DNA of 64,000 nt, taken from Candidatus Micrarchaeum sp. Its GTDB lineage: Archaea; Micrarchaeota; Micrarchaeia; CABMEP01. This document shows positions 61,262 through 64,000 of the stretch, one piece after another (positions within the stretch are counted from its first letter, which is position 1; each line of letters begins with the position of its first letter). The position numbers and the translations under genes were made by a program. The notes under the pieces were generated by a model that searched no databases, was not told where the DNA came from, and saw nothing but the letters and a program-made list of their open reading frames with translations. The DNA is taken from positions 7,464-71,463 of the forward strand of contig DYJP01000002.1 in the NCBI GenBank assembly GCA_020723065.1, in the 5' to 3' direction.

Positions 61262-64000
61262 ATAAAGAATTATGAGAAAGGAGATTTAGTATTAGCTAGC
61301 TCACAGATCGCGTTAGCTCTCTGTTTACACTACTAACCTATCAAACGGGTCTGCTACCCGCTCTCACGTTTGACTAGTTTTGGGAGATCCTTCGACCTTA
61401 GATGCTTTCAGGTCTTATGATTCGATGCGTGGCTGCCCGGCAATACTTTCAATAACCGGTATACTAGAGGCACCCGTCCCCTGTTCCTCTCGTACTCAAG
61501 GGGCGCTACCCTCAGTCAAAAACACTCCTAGTAGATACTACCGTACTGTCTCGCGACGTACTGAACCCAACTCGTGTATCTCTTTAATGGATGAACAAAC
61601 CAACCCTTGGGAGCTCCTACACTCCCAGGATGAGATAGGTCGACAGCGATGTACCAAGCCGCGGGGTCGATATGTACGCGACAGACTAGTGCTTTTAAAC
61701 GAAGACTAAACTGTCGCAGGGTACTCTCGCCCGCGACGAGCCTGTTTTGGGTCTTAACAGCTACAACTGGGACATAATTATCTTAAAATACGATATGGTT
61801 GAGAAGGAATGTATTTAAGAGAGGAGTGTATGTCCGATTACGTACGCAACTGAAAAGATTACCCCCGAGGTAACTTGTCTGACAGATTGAGCCCTTAACA
61901 AAAGGATTTCAATGTTCGTTAAGCCCGGCTTTCGCCTCTGCGTCCCACGCTTTTAAGAACACAGTCAGCCTTGCATTTCTCTTTAACCGTCTTCACCCGA
62001 CGTTCAGTGATCGAATGATGATTTGCGTCATTCGCTGTTGGCCTCTTCATATTAACGCACTAGGATTATGCAAACACTTGCGTGTCCACATCCTGCCTTT
62101 ATAGACAGATGTGCATCAGAGGTTGTTCATAATATCATCCGCGCATCGTTCGGTCATTTCTGACCGGGTTGAGCAAAGCTTTGGGCGCCCTTATTTCCTT
62201 ATTGAGGGCGTACTGCCCCAGCCAAACTATCCACCAGCCGCTGTTCCATTTCTGGTTAGAAACACAAAAAATGAAGAGTGGTGTTACACTTTTGCATCCG
62301 CCTCAGCCGCGACCGAGGTTTCTACGCTCCCACTTACGCTCTGCAACATTCTATGAATTCCAACGACAGGCTATAGTAAAGTTCTACGGGGTCTTCGTTT
62401 CCCACTAGGAGTCCTCCGCATATTCACGGAGTAGTGAGTTCACTAGGTCCCTCGTTGGGACAGTGGAAGAGTCGTTATGCCCTTCATGCAAGTCGCCAAT
62501 TAAGCGACGAGGTATTACGCTACCTTAAGAGGATCAGAGTTATCCCCGCTCTTCGCCAGCCCTTAAATCCCTTGAACGAGATGTTCGGGTACTGGTAGTG
62601 AGCAGGCATCGGCACCTATACTCGACGTTTCCATTTTGCAGGTACCTGTGTTTTTGATAAACAGTCGCTCTTCCCTTGTTACTGAGACTTGCACATGCAC
62701 CGTAAGGTACAAGCGCAGGTAATCCTTCTACCGAAGATACGGATCTATTTTGCCGAATTCCCTAACGAGAGTTCCCCTAACACGCCTAAGCTTATTCAGC
62801 TAGCCACACTTGTACTAGTTCTAGGTACGATCATCACGGATCGGATAGAACAACTTTTCACTGATCCAAGGTCTCAACAGAACCCCCAAACGAGGGCTGC
62901 TCATGCCTTGTACTGCTTCTCCTCATAACGAGACTCCACAGTATTATGTCACTTGAACAGAATCACTTCTGCTCCGTCTAACCTCAGATGTCATGTTTCT
63001 ACCTTGTGTTGCCACGTCTACCATGATGGTACAGGAATATTAACCTGTTTCCCATTCGTCCCCGAGTAATTAGCTGGGGCCTTAGGATCGACTAACTCTT
63101 GGCTGACAAACGTTGCCAAGAAAACCGTGGGCTTTCGGCGTACCGGATTCGCACCGGTATTTGCTGCTACTAACTCCAGGATATTTATTGCAATACAGTC
63201 CATTGGAACTCACGTCCCAACTTCGCTCTGTACCGCACACCTCCCTACCGGATCACACTTTTTGAGTGTGCCCTTGGGTCTCAGCATCCAGTTTAGTCCC
63301 GTTCATTTTCGGCTTGTATATATCTCCCAACAAAGTTGGTGTCGAACGGTCCGCTATTACGCGTTGCTTAGACGATGGCTGCTTCTAAGCCTACGTCCCG
63401 TCTGTCTAGATATATACCTTCCTTGTGTCTTCACACTTAACTGGAATTTTGGGGCTTTAACCCAAGACTCGTTCGTTCACGTCACGGCTCACCAGCTTAC
63501 CCGGTGAAACCCGACTCTCTATTTCTACGATGATTGTAGATTCGGAGTTTGACAATACAGCAGGCTCTTTCGAACCTATTCTGTCTAATCAGTGCTCTAC
63601 CCCACAATCTATCTCCATAAAGGTCATCCTAGGGGATGCTTCGGGAGGAACCCGCTATCGCGATGCTCGATTGGACTTTCACCCCTACACAGAAGTCACC
63701 AAAACAGATATACTAGAATTTGTTGCGGTCCTCCACCAGTCGTTAGACTGGCTTCAACCTGCTTCAGTGTAGTTCGCAACCGTTTCGGGTAAGATTATAG
63801 TGACTACACGCATTTTCATACGACGCGCCTCGTTCAGCACTACGCGCAATTGCTTTCGCTTCGCCTTTCGGCTCGCCACTACCATCTACTCCCTGGATCT
63901 TGTTTCGAGAAGTACGATACAACGCTGATCAGCTATTTTGGTCCACAGCCTTGCGACTGTATTCTTCAATAGCGTCGTCTCTTTAACGCCGTATCAACCT
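61262..64000 (-). rRNA. rrl: 23S ribosomal RNA, 3' ~2.7 kb; the 5' end lies beyond the window end
   Basis: The reverse complement contains universally conserved domain V/VI sequences: CUGAAAGCAUCUAAG (plus strand 61397-61411), GGGUUCAGUACGUCGCGAGACAGU, AACAGGCU...CAUAUCGAC (PTC/H89), and GUUGAUAGG-type helix 101 near the 3' end. Confidence 0.9.

Noticed and set aside
61380-63792. Numerous 60-126-aa ORFs on the plus strand at the window end
   Set aside because: The region is 23S rRNA on the minus strand (conserved domain V/VI sequences). ORFs there are spurious.
1-64000. CRISPR arrays, large direct repeats, transposase/integrase genes
   Set aside because: I looked for evenly spaced short repeats and IS-like ORFs and found none. 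The tandem repeats seen are the protein-level paralog array, which is divergent at DNA level, and the two-repeat mini-protein.

Overview
This window is an AT-rich (~35-40% GC) archaeal chromosomal segment. The archaeal assignment rests on eS26, aCPSF1/FttA, family-B DNA polymerase, PTH2, proteasome beta, a FlaI/FlaJ-type pilus core, class-III-signal pilins, and intron-containing tRNAs. It is densely packed with housekeeping genes. These include a 5'-partial PEP synthase, nth, leuS, SRP54, polB, MAP2, topoisomerase IA, tmk, GGR and UppS. There is a cluster of tRNA/RNA-processing genes: EndA, Taw1, TrmI, TruD, RtcA, PTH2 and aCPSF1. Four tRNAs are present: Leu and Glu with introns, plus Thr and Pro. 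The 3' ~2.7 kb of a 23S rRNA runs off the window end on the minus strand.

The standout feature is a ~12.4 kb minus-strand operon-like block at 6386-18755. It holds six tandem paralogous polytopic membrane proteins. They share an N-terminal amphipathic motif and a central L-P-x-G-x-x-LR-x-x-P-x-x-R-x-x-G ... Y-x-x-YP transmembrane motif. Five of the six share a short acidic/hydrophobic C-terminal tail (GGDVDL..F.KLI-like). Each has a variable extracytoplasmic insert, one of them a disulfide-rich repeat module. A bitopic protein with a ~600-aa K/E-rich coiled-coil cytoplasmic domain and a large cysteine-rich exported protein follow the array. I cannot match this family to any characterised system from sequence alone, so it is the best candidate for an undescribed envelope or secretion-type apparatus.

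Other notable items:
- a 383-aa tRNA-splicing endonuclease with an extra C-terminal pseudo-unit
- a tRNA-Leu whose intron sits at a non-canonical 30/31 position
- a 47-nt self-complementary insertion in the 23S H89 loop
- a processive (QxxRW) GT2
- a response regulator with a degenerate GGDEF-like output domain next to a PAS histidine kinase
- a very AT-rich low-GC island beside tRNA-Pro
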